DNA of 64,000 nt from an uncultured SAR86 cluster bacterium (lineage in GTDB: Bacteria; Pseudomonadota; Gammaproteobacteria; Magnimaribacterales; AG-339-G14): the NCBI GenBank assembly GCA_902570035.1, contig CACFWO010000002.1:1054-65053 (forward strand), read 5' to 3'. Shown here piece by piece: positions 1 through 9,624 of the stretch; position 1 is the first letter of the stretch, and every line of letters begins with the position of its first letter. A program made the position numbers and the translations under genes. The notes under the pieces are model-generated. The model was not told the DNA's origin and made no database searches. It saw only the letters and a list, made by a program, of their open reading frames with translations.

Positions 1-2
1 AA

Positions 3-629
3 GCCGCAGCAATTCATAAAAGTTATTGGAACGATGAAACTTTACTAACTTATCCTTGGCTTACCTACGGCATAAGCGAGGAAAGAAAAAAATTCGCTGC
101 TGAGCTTTTACCTGCTGTCTACCCTGAGTGGAAGGACAGGTACGAGGGAAGAATATCAAAAGATATTTTTGAGATGGGAGATACTTTATTAGCCAACTAT
201 GATAAGTATGCTGATGTAAGAGAAGGACCCATGACTTTAGTTCAAGGTGATCTGAGACTGGATAATCTCCTCTTTACTGATAGAAACAACAGAGCAATCC
301 TCTTAGATTGGCAAACTGCAGCAGTCGGCTTGCCTCTAAATGATGTAGCTTATTGCATATCGACAAGTTTTCGAGATCCTAACGAAAGAGCTAATAATGA
401 GAAAAATTTAGTTAAGGGATATTACGATTTACTTGAGGTTAGTGATAGTTACAGTTTTGAACAGGCTTGGGATGATTACCGACGTGCTTCCTTTGTGGGC
501 TTTTTAATGGCTGTTTTATCTGCAATGATTGTAGAGAGAACAGACCGCGGCGATGAAATGTTTGCTGTGATGGGTGAAAGATCAGCTTGGCAAGCTTTGC
601 ACTTAGATGCATTGTCATTTTTAGAGTAA
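3..629 (+). CDS. Phosphotransferase-family protein (APH/choline-kinase/EcKL-like), C-terminal part; 5' end outside window
   Basis: Frame is open from the window edge. It has a catalytic-loop-like VQGDLRLDNLLF followed by LLDWQ, typical of the aminoglycoside/choline kinase fold. Confidence 0.65.
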   Translation, partial: AAAIHKSYWNDETLLTYPWLTYGISEERKKFAAELLPAVYPEWKDRYEGRISKDIFEMGDTLLANYDKYADVREGPMTLVQGDLRLDNLLFTDRNNRAILLDWQTAAVGLPLNDVAYCISTSFRDPNERANNEKNLVKGYYDLLEVSDSYSFEQAWDDYRRASFVGFLMAVLSAMIVERTDRGDEMFAVMGERSAWQALHLDALSFLE

Positions 630-635
630 AAAAAA

Positions 636-2063
636 ATGTTTGAAAACATAAAATTTGCAAATCCTTTTTCTAATTTGCCCAGTACTTTTTATACGAAGCA
701 GAGTTGGTCTTCGTTTGATCAACCTTTTTTACTTCACTTCAATCATGACTTGGCAAAAAGTTTGGGTATCGATGACGACCCAGAAGAACTGATGCAAATT
801 TTTAACGGCAACAAAAGTTTTGAAAAAGCTTCTCCTCTTGCAATGGTTTACGGAGGTCACCAATTTGGCAATTGGGTGAATCAGTTGGGCGACGGCAGAG
901 GCATCCTCTTTGGCCAAATTGATTCTTCTGATGGGTTGATTGATCTTCATATTAAAGGCGCTGGTAAGACTCCTTATTCTAGATTTGGTGACGGTAGAGC
1001 TGTAATTCGTTCATCGGTTAGAGAACATTTGTGCGGGGAAGCCATGTTTGGTTTAGGCATCCCAAGCTCTAGATCTTTAATGCTTTTCGGCAGTAACGAA
1101 CCGGTGATGCGTGAAGACACAGAACGTGGAGCCATGATTGTTAGAACCGCTAAAACCCACATTAGATTTGGACACTTTGAATATTTCCACCACAACAAAA
1201 TTACAGATGGCGTGAAAACTCTGCTTGATCACGTCATTGACTGTTATTACCCAGATACAAAACAAGACTCTGACAAATACTTGTTATTTTTTGATGCGAC
1301 AGTAAAAAAAACAGCTCATATGGTTTCATCTTGGCAAAGCGTTGGATTCAATCATGGAGTGATGAACACCGATAATATGTCCATCCTCGGTGAAACTTTT
1401 GATTACGGTCCTTATGCTTTCATGGAAACTTATGATCCTAACTACATTTGCAACCACACCGATTCCCATGGAAGGTACAGCTTTTCAAATCAGCCAAGCA
1501 TTGCAGAATGGAACTGCTATGCTCTTGCCTCGGCTTTAATTGACTTGTTTAGTGAAACTGAGTTAAGAGATACTTTGAGTAAATTCAATGATTATTTTTA
1601 CGATTCCTTGATTGAAAAATATAGAAAGAAACTTGGCTTTATAAGTGCTCAGGAAAGCGACTATGATCTTATTCTTGGTCTATTTGAAATTATGGAAACG
1701 GAAAAGCTTGACTATACCAATACCTTTAGAGAGCTATCAAAAATCATTTCATCTTCGGATAATTTCAAATTATCTGAAAAATTATCTATTTGGCTTACTT
1801 CCTATAAAGATAGATTGAGCAAAGACAAAAACAGTATTGAGGAATCAAAAATATTGATGGACGAGAATAATCCAAAATATATTCTTAGAAACTATCTAGC
1901 TCAATCAGCTATCGAGGATGCAGAGCAAGGCAGAGCAGAGAAAATTGATGAGTTGGCTAAAGTGTTAAGCAATCCGTACGTTGATTTAGGTGAGTCAATG
2001 GAGAAGTATTGTCAGCCTGCTCCGAAGGAACAGCAAAATCAACAGCTTAGCTGCTCGTCCTAG
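636..2063 (+). CDS. selO: Protein adenylyltransferase SelO (YdiU/UPF0061 family)
   Basis: 475 aa. Blocks GHQFGNW..QLGDGRG, KGAGKTPYSRFGDGRAV and IRFGHFE are characteristic of YdiU/SelO. Confidence 0.88.
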   Translation: MFENIKFANPFSNLPSTFYTKQSWSSFDQPFLLHFNHDLAKSLGIDDDPEELMQIFNGNKSFEKASPLAMVYGGHQFGNWVNQLGDGRGILFGQIDSSDGLIDLHIKGAGKTPYSRFGDGRAVIRSSVREHLCGEAMFGLGIPSSRSLMLFGSNEPVMREDTERGAMIVRTAKTHIRFGHFEYFHHNKITDGVKTLLDHVIDCYYPDTKQDSDKYLLFFDATVKKTAHMVSSWQSVGFNHGVMNTDNMSILGETFDYGPYAFMETYDPNYICNHTDSHGRYSFSNQPSIAEWNCYALASALIDLFSETELRDTLSKFNDYFYDSLIEKYRKKLGFISAQESDYDLILGLFEIMETEKLDYTNTFRELSKIISSSDNFKLSEKLSIWLTSYKDRLSKDKNSIEESKILMDENNPKYILRNYLAQSAIEDAEQGRAEKIDELAKVLSNPYVDLGESMEKYCQPAPKEQQNQQLSCSS

Positions 2064-2302
2064 CAGTCAGAGAAGAGAAACAAGTTCTGCAAACATTTTT
2101 TAATCCCATCACACCGTGACGGTCCTTATCGAAAAAATGCAACGGAAGTTTCTTTTTGCAGTTAGTGCAGCGATTAGTCACGCTATATGATAACTTGAGA
2201 AATAAAGTATCCGATAGAGAAACCTGTCGTGAAAAATAACATGATGAGAAGGTTTCTGAGTTTTTGAAAAGTATCGTAATCCATAGTGTTCTGTTCTAGA
2301 AT

Positions 2303-2340
2303 AGACCCTTCAGATATAATTGGGAGAATCTGAAGGGTCT
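2303..2340. other. Perfect 12-bp stem / 14-nt loop hairpin in a long non-coding gap
   Basis: AGACCCTTCAGA (2303-2314) pairs perfectly with TCTGAAGGGTCT (2329-2340). No clean U-tract on either strand, so function is unclear (terminator or RNA-stability element). Confidence 0.6.
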
Positions 2341-2364
2341 GGGGGGAATGTTCTAATAAGTTGA

Positions 2365-2469
2365 TTAAAATAGGCTAAAACTTGCCAATCCTAGGCTGCC
2401 TAGATATATCAAGAATCCCAAGCAAAAAGCTAGTCCTACGCTTCCGGTAAAAACTTGGAAATTAGTCAT
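2365..2469 (-). CDS. Candidate 34-aa hydrophobic mini-protein (MTNFQVFTGSVGLAFCLGFLIYLGSLGLASFSLF)
   Basis: ATG is preceded by AAGGAGCA with about 7 nt spacing. It has a single predicted TM helix, and the hairpin 2303-2340 lies 24 nt downstream. Not in the ORF track because it is under 60 aa. Confidence 0.35.
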   Translation of the reverse strand: MTNFQVFTGSVGLAFCLGFLIYLGSLGLASFSLF

Positions 2470-2658
2470 TTGTATTGCTCCTTTATAAAATTGATTGTGT
2501 GTTCAAAACTTGATTGCATTATAGGGAAAAAGAAAAAATCAAGTGATCTAAATGAGTGCATTTTTGTGAAATGCATGCAAAATAAGATTGATTTTATATA
2601 TATGTAACTCAAAGTTATTAATAAAGCGTTTTATTATGCTTTTTTAGGAAAATGAAAT

Positions 2659-3660
2659 ATGAAAAGAATTGAAATAGAAAAACCAGGTGGGCTAGATAAC
2701 CTTAAGTTTGTAGATGCAGAACAGCCAAAACCACAGAGCGATGAGGTTCTTCTCAAAGTTTCGCATAGTAGCCTTAATTATCATGACCTTCTTGTCGCTC
2801 TGGGCTTTATTCCGACTGAGAACAAAAGAGTACCTCTTGGAGATGCTGGATGTACTGTCGAAGCCATCGGTGAGTCAGTTAGTGAATGGAAAACCGGAGA
2901 TCAAGTGATGAGTGTGAGTTTTCCCAGATGGATTGAAGGTCCACCAAAATACGAATACTTCAGCTTCATTGGAGATAACGAAGATGGTTACGCAAGTCAG
3001 TACATGACCATCAAGGCTAATGCATTGACACCGATTCCTAAGGATTGGTCTTTGCAAGAAGCAGCTACATTACCCTGCGCGGGACTTACTGCTTGGCGAG
3101 CAATGATGGAGGAAGGAAACCTTCAACCAAACGAAACGATTTTAGTCCAAGGATCTGGCGGTGTATCCATCTTTGCTCTTCAGCTAGCTAAGGCTCACGG
3201 AGCAAATGTGATTGCCACAACCTCTTCCGATGAAAAAGCAGAAAAATTAAAATCCTTAGGTGCTGATGAAGTTGTTAATTACAAAGAGCATCTGCAATGG
3301 GGAAAAGAAGTTTTACGATTAACTGCGAATGAAGGAGTAGATCATGTCGTTGAAGTTGCAGGAGGAGAATCTTTCAATGAATCAATACGATGCGCCAAAC
3401 TAGGTGGACATATTTCCATCATTGGAATCTTAGATGGGAACACCAGTGAAATTTTACTGCCAAGACTTTTCGCTAAACAGCTTCGAACTTCAGGAATATC
3501 CATGGGCAGTCAAAAATCTCAAAGAGACATGGTTGACTTCCTCAATAAGACTGACATCAGACCGATAATTAGCGATACTTTTAAATTAGAGAAGTTAGGC
3601 GAGGCTTTTCAATTTCAGATGGACAACAAACATTTTGGAAAGATTTCAATCGAAGTCTAG
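2659..3660 (+). CDS. Zinc-type/MDR-superfamily NAD(P)-dependent oxidoreductase (quinone oxidoreductase-like)
   Basis: 333 aa. GroES-like N-terminal domain and a Rossmann GSGGVS motif (LVQGSGGVSIFALQLAK). Typical MDR length. Confidence 0.8.
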   Translation: MKRIEIEKPGGLDNLKFVDAEQPKPQSDEVLLKVSHSSLNYHDLLVALGFIPTENKRVPLGDAGCTVEAIGESVSEWKTGDQVMSVSFPRWIEGPPKYEYFSFIGDNEDGYASQYMTIKANALTPIPKDWSLQEAATLPCAGLTAWRAMMEEGNLQPNETILVQGSGGVSIFALQLAKAHGANVIATTSSDEKAEKLKSLGADEVVNYKEHLQWGKEVLRLTANEGVDHVVEVAGGESFNESIRCAKLGGHISIIGILDGNTSEILLPRLFAKQLRTSGISMGSQKSQRDMVDFLNKTDIRPIISDTFKLEKLGEAFQFQMDNKHFGKISIEV

Positions 3661-3782
3661 ATGAGTTGAATTGATTAAATTATTCACTTTTGACATTAAA
3701 TATGTCATATTTTCTTAGCTATTCTATTGAGAGAATACTTATTAATAAAGTAAGTCTTTAGGACTGAACAGAGGGGAAAAAA

Positions 3783-5840
3783 ATGCTGAAAGTTTTACTT
3801 ATATCAATAACAATAATATTCATTGGTTGTTCCGATTCTCTCAAAAAAACAAAAGACTTCTCAGATGGAGCAGACTTAAACAAAAGAGAAAATGCTAGGC
3901 CTGCATACAGTGAGGATAGAAACGTTTTTTTTGGTGATCTCCACGTCCATACTAAACATTCATTCGATGCCTATATTTTTGGAACGACTGCTACTCCTGA
4001 TGATGCTTATCGATTCGCTCGCGGAGAAGCAATCAAACATCCGTTAGGATTTGATCAACAGTTAAGAGAGCCATTGGATTTTTATGCTGTTACCGATCAT
4101 GGTTTTTTCATGGGCATGGTTCCTGGGTGGGCTGATGTTGGATCTAAAGCTTCAAGGCTTCCTGGGGCGGATCACTTTCATAATCTTAACGCAGAAGGCA
4201 ATGTGAATTTAGACTCAATCCCTCAGAGAGTTGGTGCTTTTAGAAATATGGTCCGAACGCTTACCGACTACGATATCATCGGAGTAATAAATGCTTGGAG
4301 AACCAACAACTTATCGCAATCCAGTGATATGTACGACCATGGAACTCACCTCGCTGCTTGGGCAGATGTAGCTCGATCAGCAGAAGAAAATTATGAGCCT
4401 GGGAAATTAACAACTTTTATTGCTTATGAATACACATCTTCAATGGCGAATTCCGAAAATCTTCATAGGAATGTTATTTTTGAGGGCTCTAAAGCGCCAA
4501 CCAGACCGTTTTCAAGAATTGATTCAATAAACCCAGAGGATCTTTGGACTTGGATGGATATGCTGAGAGATGAAAAAGGTATCGATAGCATAGCAATACC
4601 ACATAACAGTAATGGCTCTAATGGGCAGATGTTTGAAGATGAAAAATGGAACGGAGAAGTGGTTGATAAAGAATACGCTGCTTTTAGGATGCGTAATGAG
4701 CCTCTTGTAGAGGTAACTCAAGTTAAAGGAACATCGGAAACTCACCCTCTTCTATCACCAAATGACGAGTGGGCTAATTTTGAAATCTTTCCTTCTAGGA
4801 TCGGACAAAACATTTATTCAATTCCATATGGGGGTTACGTCAGAGATGCTTACCTTCGAGGAATGCTAGCTGAATGGGAGGGTAAGGGAAATCCTTACAA
4901 ATTTGGTTTAGTTGGAGCCAGCGACACGCATACAGCAGCCTCTTCATTTGATGAGTCTAATTATTGGTCAAAAGTAGGCTTACTAGATGGTGAAACGTGG
5001 CTTAGAGGATCAACCCCTCTTGCCAAAGAGGATATTGATCAAATAACTTCATCGGTTAACACTCAAGGTCTTTATCGATTTGTTGAACAAGATGAAGAAT
5101 ATTTTCTGGACACCTACTACTCTCGTTGGGGAGCGTCAGGAATTGCTGCAGTTTGGGCTGAAGAAAATACCAGGGAGTCTATTTTTGCTGGCTTTCGAAG
5201 AAAAGAAACTTACGCAACTTCAGGCACAAGAATTAAATTGAGGTTCTTTGGAGGCTTTGGCTTAGAAGAACTGGATCTAAACGACGAGGAAGTTATTGCG
5301 AAGGCATATGAGAAAGGGGTAAGCATGGGTGGAGATCTTGCTTACAACAAAGATGAAAAGCCCTCCTTTATAGTTTGGGCTCAAAGAGATAAGAACGGTG
5401 CCCCGCTGCAGAGAATTCAAATCATCAAAGGTACCGTAGATGAATTTGATGCTATGCCAAACGAAGAAGTGATTGATGTCGTATGCTCTAACGGTCTGCA
5501 AGTTAACCCTAAAACCAATCGTTGTCCTGACAACGGAGCAAAAGTTGATATAGAAACATGTGCTTTCTCTATGGATAGAGGCGCTGCTGAACTAAAAACT
5601 ATTTGGACCGATGAGAATTACGATCCAACACAGAAAAACTTTTACTACATCAGAGTATTAGAAAATCCAACTTGCCGATGGTCTACTTGGGATGCGATAA
5701 AAACAGAATCTACAATCAGAAAAGATTTAGAAACTTTAATCCAAGAACGAGCTTGGTCCACACCCATTTGGATAAGCTCGGTAAGACCTGAGCAAGCTGC
5801 TTTGTTCTCAACCGACGATACTGTTCTAGATAACGACTAG
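3783..5840 (+). CDS. DUF3604-family (PHP-like metal-dependent) lipoprotein
   Basis: 685 aa. Lipobox IFIGC near the N-terminus. FFGDLHVHTKHSFDAY and AVTDHG motifs fit DUF3604/PHP-type metal sites. Confidence 0.65.
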   Translation: MLKVLLISITIIFIGCSDSLKKTKDFSDGADLNKRENARPAYSEDRNVFFGDLHVHTKHSFDAYIFGTTATPDDAYRFARGEAIKHPLGFDQQLREPLDFYAVTDHGFFMGMVPGWADVGSKASRLPGADHFHNLNAEGNVNLDSIPQRVGAFRNMVRTLTDYDIIGVINAWRTNNLSQSSDMYDHGTHLAAWADVARSAEENYEPGKLTTFIAYEYTSSMANSENLHRNVIFEGSKAPTRPFSRIDSINPEDLWTWMDMLRDEKGIDSIAIPHNSNGSNGQMFEDEKWNGEVVDKEYAAFRMRNEPLVEVTQVKGTSETHPLLSPNDEWANFEIFPSRIGQNIYSIPYGGYVRDAYLRGMLAEWEGKGNPYKFGLVGASDTHTAASSFDESNYWSKVGLLDGETWLRGSTPLAKEDIDQITSSVNTQGLYRFVEQDEEYFLDTYYSRWGASGIAAVWAEENTRESIFAGFRRKETYATSGTRIKLRFFGGFGLEELDLNDEEVIAKAYEKGVSMGGDLAYNKDEKPSFIVWAQRDKNGAPLQRIQIIKGTVDEFDAMPNEEVIDVVCSNGLQVNPKTNRCPDNGAKVDIETCAFSMDRGAAELKTIWTDENYDPTQKNFYYIRVLENPTCRWSTWDAIKTESTIRKDLETLIQERAWSTPIWISSVRPEQAALFSTDDTVLDND

Positions 5841-5852
5841 GATTCAAGAAAT

Positions 5853-6716
5853 ATGATTGTGATGGATGGAAGCATGGGGAGTGAGCTTCTAGCCAGAAGA
5901 TCCGATCTTGTTACAGGCCTTTGGTCTGCTCAATATCTCATCGATGCCCCTGAGTTAGTCAAAGAAATTCATCTTGATTATATTAATGCCGGTGCTGACT
6001 TGATAATCACCAATACTTATTCAACCATTCCCAGTTATTTATCTAAACAAAAAGCTGAAGATAAAATGCCCGAACTTATTCATTTAGCTGGAAAGCTTGC
6101 GAAAGAAGCCGTAGAAGGTTCCAAAAAAAAAGTTAAGGTTGCTGGATCTTTGCCACCGCTTGAAGAAAGCTACCGACCTGATCTTGTTATAGATAAGGAA
6201 GAAGCTGTTCCTATTTATGAAACTCTTATAAAAGAACTTACTCCGTATGTTGATATTTTTATTTGCGAGACGATGTCATCGATAAAGGAGATGCAACACG
6301 TGATACAAGCCTTACATAATCTTGATAATGAAAAGCCTGTTTGGATTTCATGGTCGCTTAAAGAAGATAAAAGAAATCAACTGCGTAGCGGAGAGTCAAT
6401 TAAAGATGCATTTAACGCTTCTGCCACGATAAAGCCTGAGGCTTATTTATTTAACTGTACAGATCCCTTCGCGATTACTGAGGGGCTTAAAGAATTGAAA
6501 GAATTAACTCAAAACCCAATAGGTGGCTATCCAAATGTTTTTAATGTTCCTGATGGATGGACCCTTGATAACGATGTTCAAGTATCAGTAAGAGATTTAT
6601 CAGTTGAAAAGTTTTTAGAATTTGCGAAAGAATGGCAAAACCTAGGTGCATCCATTATTGGCGGTTGTTGCGGAATGGGTCCTGAGTTCATCAAAGCAAT
6701 ATCGGCTCTCAAATAA
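5853..6716 (+). CDS. Homocysteine S-methyltransferase family protein
   Basis: 287 aa. MDGSMGSEL start, ITNTY block and a C-terminal zinc-ligand GGCCG motif. Confidence 0.8.
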   Translation: MIVMDGSMGSELLARRSDLVTGLWSAQYLIDAPELVKEIHLDYINAGADLIITNTYSTIPSYLSKQKAEDKMPELIHLAGKLAKEAVEGSKKKVKVAGSLPPLEESYRPDLVIDKEEAVPIYETLIKELTPYVDIFICETMSSIKEMQHVIQALHNLDNEKPVWISWSLKEDKRNQLRSGESIKDAFNASATIKPEAYLFNCTDPFAITEGLKELKELTQNPIGGYPNVFNVPDGWTLDNDVQVSVRDLSVEKFLEFAKEWQNLGASIIGGCCGMGPEFIKAISALK

Positions 6717-6764
6717 TACGACAAATAATCACCTTTTTGTCACATATTTAGGTAACATAAATTT

Positions 6765-7421
6765 GTGCAAACAAGGAAAGCAACCAACCGGACTAAGTTA
6801 ATCAAAGCTGCAGCAAGACTCATTGAAAGGGATGGTTATAAAAATATAGACGTTACTAAGGTCACCAAAGAGGCAAAATTAGGCTACGGAACTTTTTATA
6901 ATCATTTTTCAGATATCACACAACTTTTAGAAGAAATAACCAAAGAAGTGATTATCAGTATTCAAGATTTTGTTATCGAGCTCACTGCTCATGAAACTAG
7001 CCCTTTAAAACAAATTTTTATAAGGAATTATTTTCAGTTTCATGCTTTTTATGGCTCCCCTATTCTTGAATGGGTAGCAGAAAATCCTACCTTTTTAATG
7101 AAGCTTTGGGATGACAATACAAAAAGTGTGACTAACAAGATGATCAAACAAGCCATTAAAGAAGGGGAACTGGAAGGAGATCCTATGGAACTTTTAGATA
7201 GATTTGAGAATATCAGAGAAACCTATCGATGGAATTTTCTTGGTTCGCTACACTCATTGCTTGCTGGGAAAGATCCAGACATAGCCTTTGTTGATAATTC
7301 TGAAGGTGTGGATATTTTTTCAATGCCGTATAAGGAAAAAAGTGAATTTCTTTATTCTATCGTTTCAGACTATAAGAAACATTCCCCAAAGATACAGAGA
7401 ATATTTTTAAATAATTCGTAA
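6765..7421 (+). CDS. TetR/AcrR-family transcriptional regulator
   Basis: 218 aa with a GTG start. N-terminal HTH (VTKVTKEAKLGYGTFYNHF) and an all-helical C-terminal domain. Confidence 0.75.
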   Translation: MQTRKATNRTKLIKAAARLIERDGYKNIDVTKVTKEAKLGYGTFYNHFSDITQLLEEITKEVIISIQDFVIELTAHETSPLKQIFIRNYFQFHAFYGSPILEWVAENPTFLMKLWDDNTKSVTNKMIKQAIKEGELEGDPMELLDRFENIRETYRWNFLGSLHSLLAGKDPDIAFVDNSEGVDIFSMPYKEKSEFLYSIVSDYKKHSPKIQRIFLNNS

Positions 7422-8458
7422 TGTGGAGTAAAAAGAATATTAATGAATGGTACTCAAATCATAAGTGGTTAGTTGGATGTAATTACCTTCCAAGCACAGC
7501 CATCAATCAGTTGGAAATGTTTCAAGAGGATAGTTTTGATCCAGAGACAAATAATAAAGAAATCGGCTGGGCTAATGACATCGGTTTCAATAGTTTACGA
7601 ATTTATCTTCATGATTTGCTCTGGCAAGATAAAGAAAATTTTAAAAACCGGCTAAATAAAATCCTTATTCTTTGTTCAGATCATAGTATAAAGCCTATCT
7701 TAGTTCTCTTTGATGATTGTCACAGACCTTTTCCCAAACTTGGCAAACAACCTCTGCCGGTTAGAGGAGTCCATAATTCCGGTTGGAAACAAAGTCCTGG
7801 ACACGAAATTGTCAGAGAAATTGTAAAGGGTAATAAGGAGGAAGAAGCTAGACTTAAATTATTTACTCAAGAAATTCTAGAAGATTTTCGTGAGGATGAA
7901 AGAATCTTAATGTGGGATCTCTACAACGAACCGGGTCAGTTTGGTATTGGCGATGAATCTAACACTCTTTTAACCAAAGTTTGGGATTGGGCCTTTGAAG
8001 TTCGTCCATCCCAACCTCTGACTGCCTGCCTTGACGGTACAATTGGCGATAAAAACATTCAGACTAATAAAGAAAATTCGGATGTCATTTCTTTCCACGT
8101 TTATGAACACCAAAAGGTGATCCCTATTATTGAAGAACTAAAAGAAATTGGTAGGCCTCTCATATGCACTGAATACATGGCAAGAGAATTTGGTACGACG
8201 TTTGAATTTACCTTGCCTATCTTTAAAGAGCAAAATATTGGAGCCTATAACTGGGGTCTTGTGGCAGGTAAAAGTCAGACTCATTTTGGCTGGGAAACTA
8301 TCTTAAAAATCAAAGACCTTAAAGATAAAGGAGATTTTATTGAAGAAGGTGAATCCATACCGGAACCCGATGTTTGGTTTCATGATATTTGTCACCAAGA
8401 CGGTTCGCCCTACGATCAAAACGAAGTGGATTTTATAAAACAGATTCTTTCCACATAA
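7421..8458 (+). CDS. Clan GH-A glycoside hydrolase (GH5-like), no signal peptide
   Basis: 345 aa. LMWDLYNEPG (acid/base Glu in the NEP motif) and a later CTEY (candidate nucleophile Glu). The start overlaps the TetR stop (TAATG). Confidence 0.6.
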   Translation: MWSKKNINEWYSNHKWLVGCNYLPSTAINQLEMFQEDSFDPETNNKEIGWANDIGFNSLRIYLHDLLWQDKENFKNRLNKILILCSDHSIKPILVLFDDCHRPFPKLGKQPLPVRGVHNSGWKQSPGHEIVREIVKGNKEEEARLKLFTQEILEDFREDERILMWDLYNEPGQFGIGDESNTLLTKVWDWAFEVRPSQPLTACLDGTIGDKNIQTNKENSDVISFHVYEHQKVIPIIEELKEIGRPLICTEYMAREFGTTFEFTLPIFKEQNIGAYNWGLVAGKSQTHFGWETILKIKDLKDKGDFIEEGESIPEPDVWFHDICHQDGSPYDQNEVDFIKQILST

Positions 8459-8462
8459 ATGA

Positions 8463-8661
8463 ATGCGATTTATAATCCTGGCACAGATCTTAGTTTTTAT
8501 GGGTTGTGCGAATATTGAACAAGAAGCCTAATCTGTATGAACCTATGAGAGTATGCCTTTACTCAGTTGCAGGTCGAACGGTTAGCAAGGAGTTTCCATC
8601 GAAAGATATGTGCCCACCAACTATAAGATATAGAAACAGTACGGGATTTTTAATTAATTAA
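8463..8661 (+). pseudogene. Possible frameshifted remnant of a small lipoprotein gene
   Basis: ORF 8463-8531 encodes MRFIILAQILVFMGCANIEQEA, a signal peptide plus lipobox followed by an early stop. The +1 frame stays open from 8533 to 8661 (..MRVCLYSVAGRTVSKEFPSKDMCPPTIRYRNSTGFLIN). Confidence 0.2.
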
Positions 8662-9594
8662 TTAAATTATTAACTCAGGGCCAGCGGGAACAATTCGATA
8701 AGGATTGATTTCTTTATGGCTGAAATAGTAATGTCGTTTTATATGATCAAACTTGGTTGAATCTTTGATTGCTGGAATGGTCATTAGATCGTTAACGTAT
8801 CGAGAAAGATACTTGTAATCGATGATTCTTTTGATGTTGCATTTAAAATGCGTAACATAAGCTACATCAAATCTAAGCAATGTTGGAATAAGCCTTAGAT
8901 CTGCTTCCGTTAAAGTATCTTCAATTAAGTACTTTGACTTTGCGAGTCTTTGATCCAATTCATCCAATGCTTTAAAGAGATCAGTCACTGCTTCATCATA
9001 ACTTTCTTGGGTTTTTGCAAATCCGCACTTGTAGACACCGTTATTCACTGAGTTGTAAATCCAATCATTGAGCTTATCTATTTCCTCTTGCAAATGATCG
9101 GGATAATAATTTTCATTATTTCCGGTTAATTCATTGAATGCATAATTAAAAATTCGGATAACCTGGGAGGATTCGTTGTTGACTATGGTTTCTGTTTGTT
9201 TGTCCCACAAAACAGGCACGGTCACGCTCGTCGTCACATTAGGATCGGATTTTTGATAAAGCTGTCTTAAAAATTTGTACCCATACAATGATTCTTTAGT
9301 TGCTCCGGGATAACTATCATCAAAAGCCCAGCCCTCTTCTAGAAGATCTGGATGCACCACATCCAAAGATATGTGATCTTCTAAAGATTTAAGTTTACGG
9401 TAAATAAGTGCTCTCGTAGCCCAAGGACAGGCATAGCTTACATACAAATGATATCGCTTTGAATCAGGGGTATAGACTGCATCATCGGATGAAATTTTAT
9501 TTTCAAATGTTCTTGGTAAACGCGCGTATGAGCCTTTTTCATCGCTGGTAATAATAGAACGTTTATCCCACTTGCCATCGATTAATTTACCCAT
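8662..9594 (-). CDS. yqjG: Xi-class glutathione transferase / glutathionyl-hydroquinone reductase (YqjG/ECM4 type)
   Basis: 310 aa. CPWATRALI active-site motif and a length typical of GS-hydroquinone reductases. Confidence 0.85.
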   Translation of the reverse strand: MGKLIDGKWDKRSIITSDEKGSYARLPRTFENKISSDDAVYTPDSKRYHLYVSYACPWATRALIYRKLKSLEDHISLDVVHPDLLEEGWAFDDSYPGATKESLYGYKFLRQLYQKSDPNVTTSVTVPVLWDKQTETIVNNESSQVIRIFNYAFNELTGNNENYYPDHLQEEIDKLNDWIYNSVNNGVYKCGFAKTQESYDEAVTDLFKALDELDQRLAKSKYLIEDTLTEADLRLIPTLLRFDVAYVTHFKCNIKRIIDYKYLSRYVNDLMTIPAIKDSTKFDHIKRHYYFSHKEINPYRIVPAGPELII

Positions 9595-9624
9595 AATAAA
9601 TATATTGAGGCTAAGTAGGAATTA

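Noticed and set aside
2183-2284. 33-aa hydrophobic minus-strand ORF (MDYDTFQKLRNLLIMLFFTTGFSIGYFISQVII)
   Set aside because: No SD-like sequence lies upstream of its ATG (TCTAGAACAGAACACT). It also overlaps an 8-bp inverted repeat (AGAAACCT/AGGTTTCT) that may be RNA structure. The evidence is too weak to call.
6720-6741. GACAAA-N10-TTTGTC inverted repeat upstream of the TetR gene as a possible operator
   Set aside because: It has only 6-bp arms with a long spacer. This is plausible but not distinguishable from chance without conservation data.
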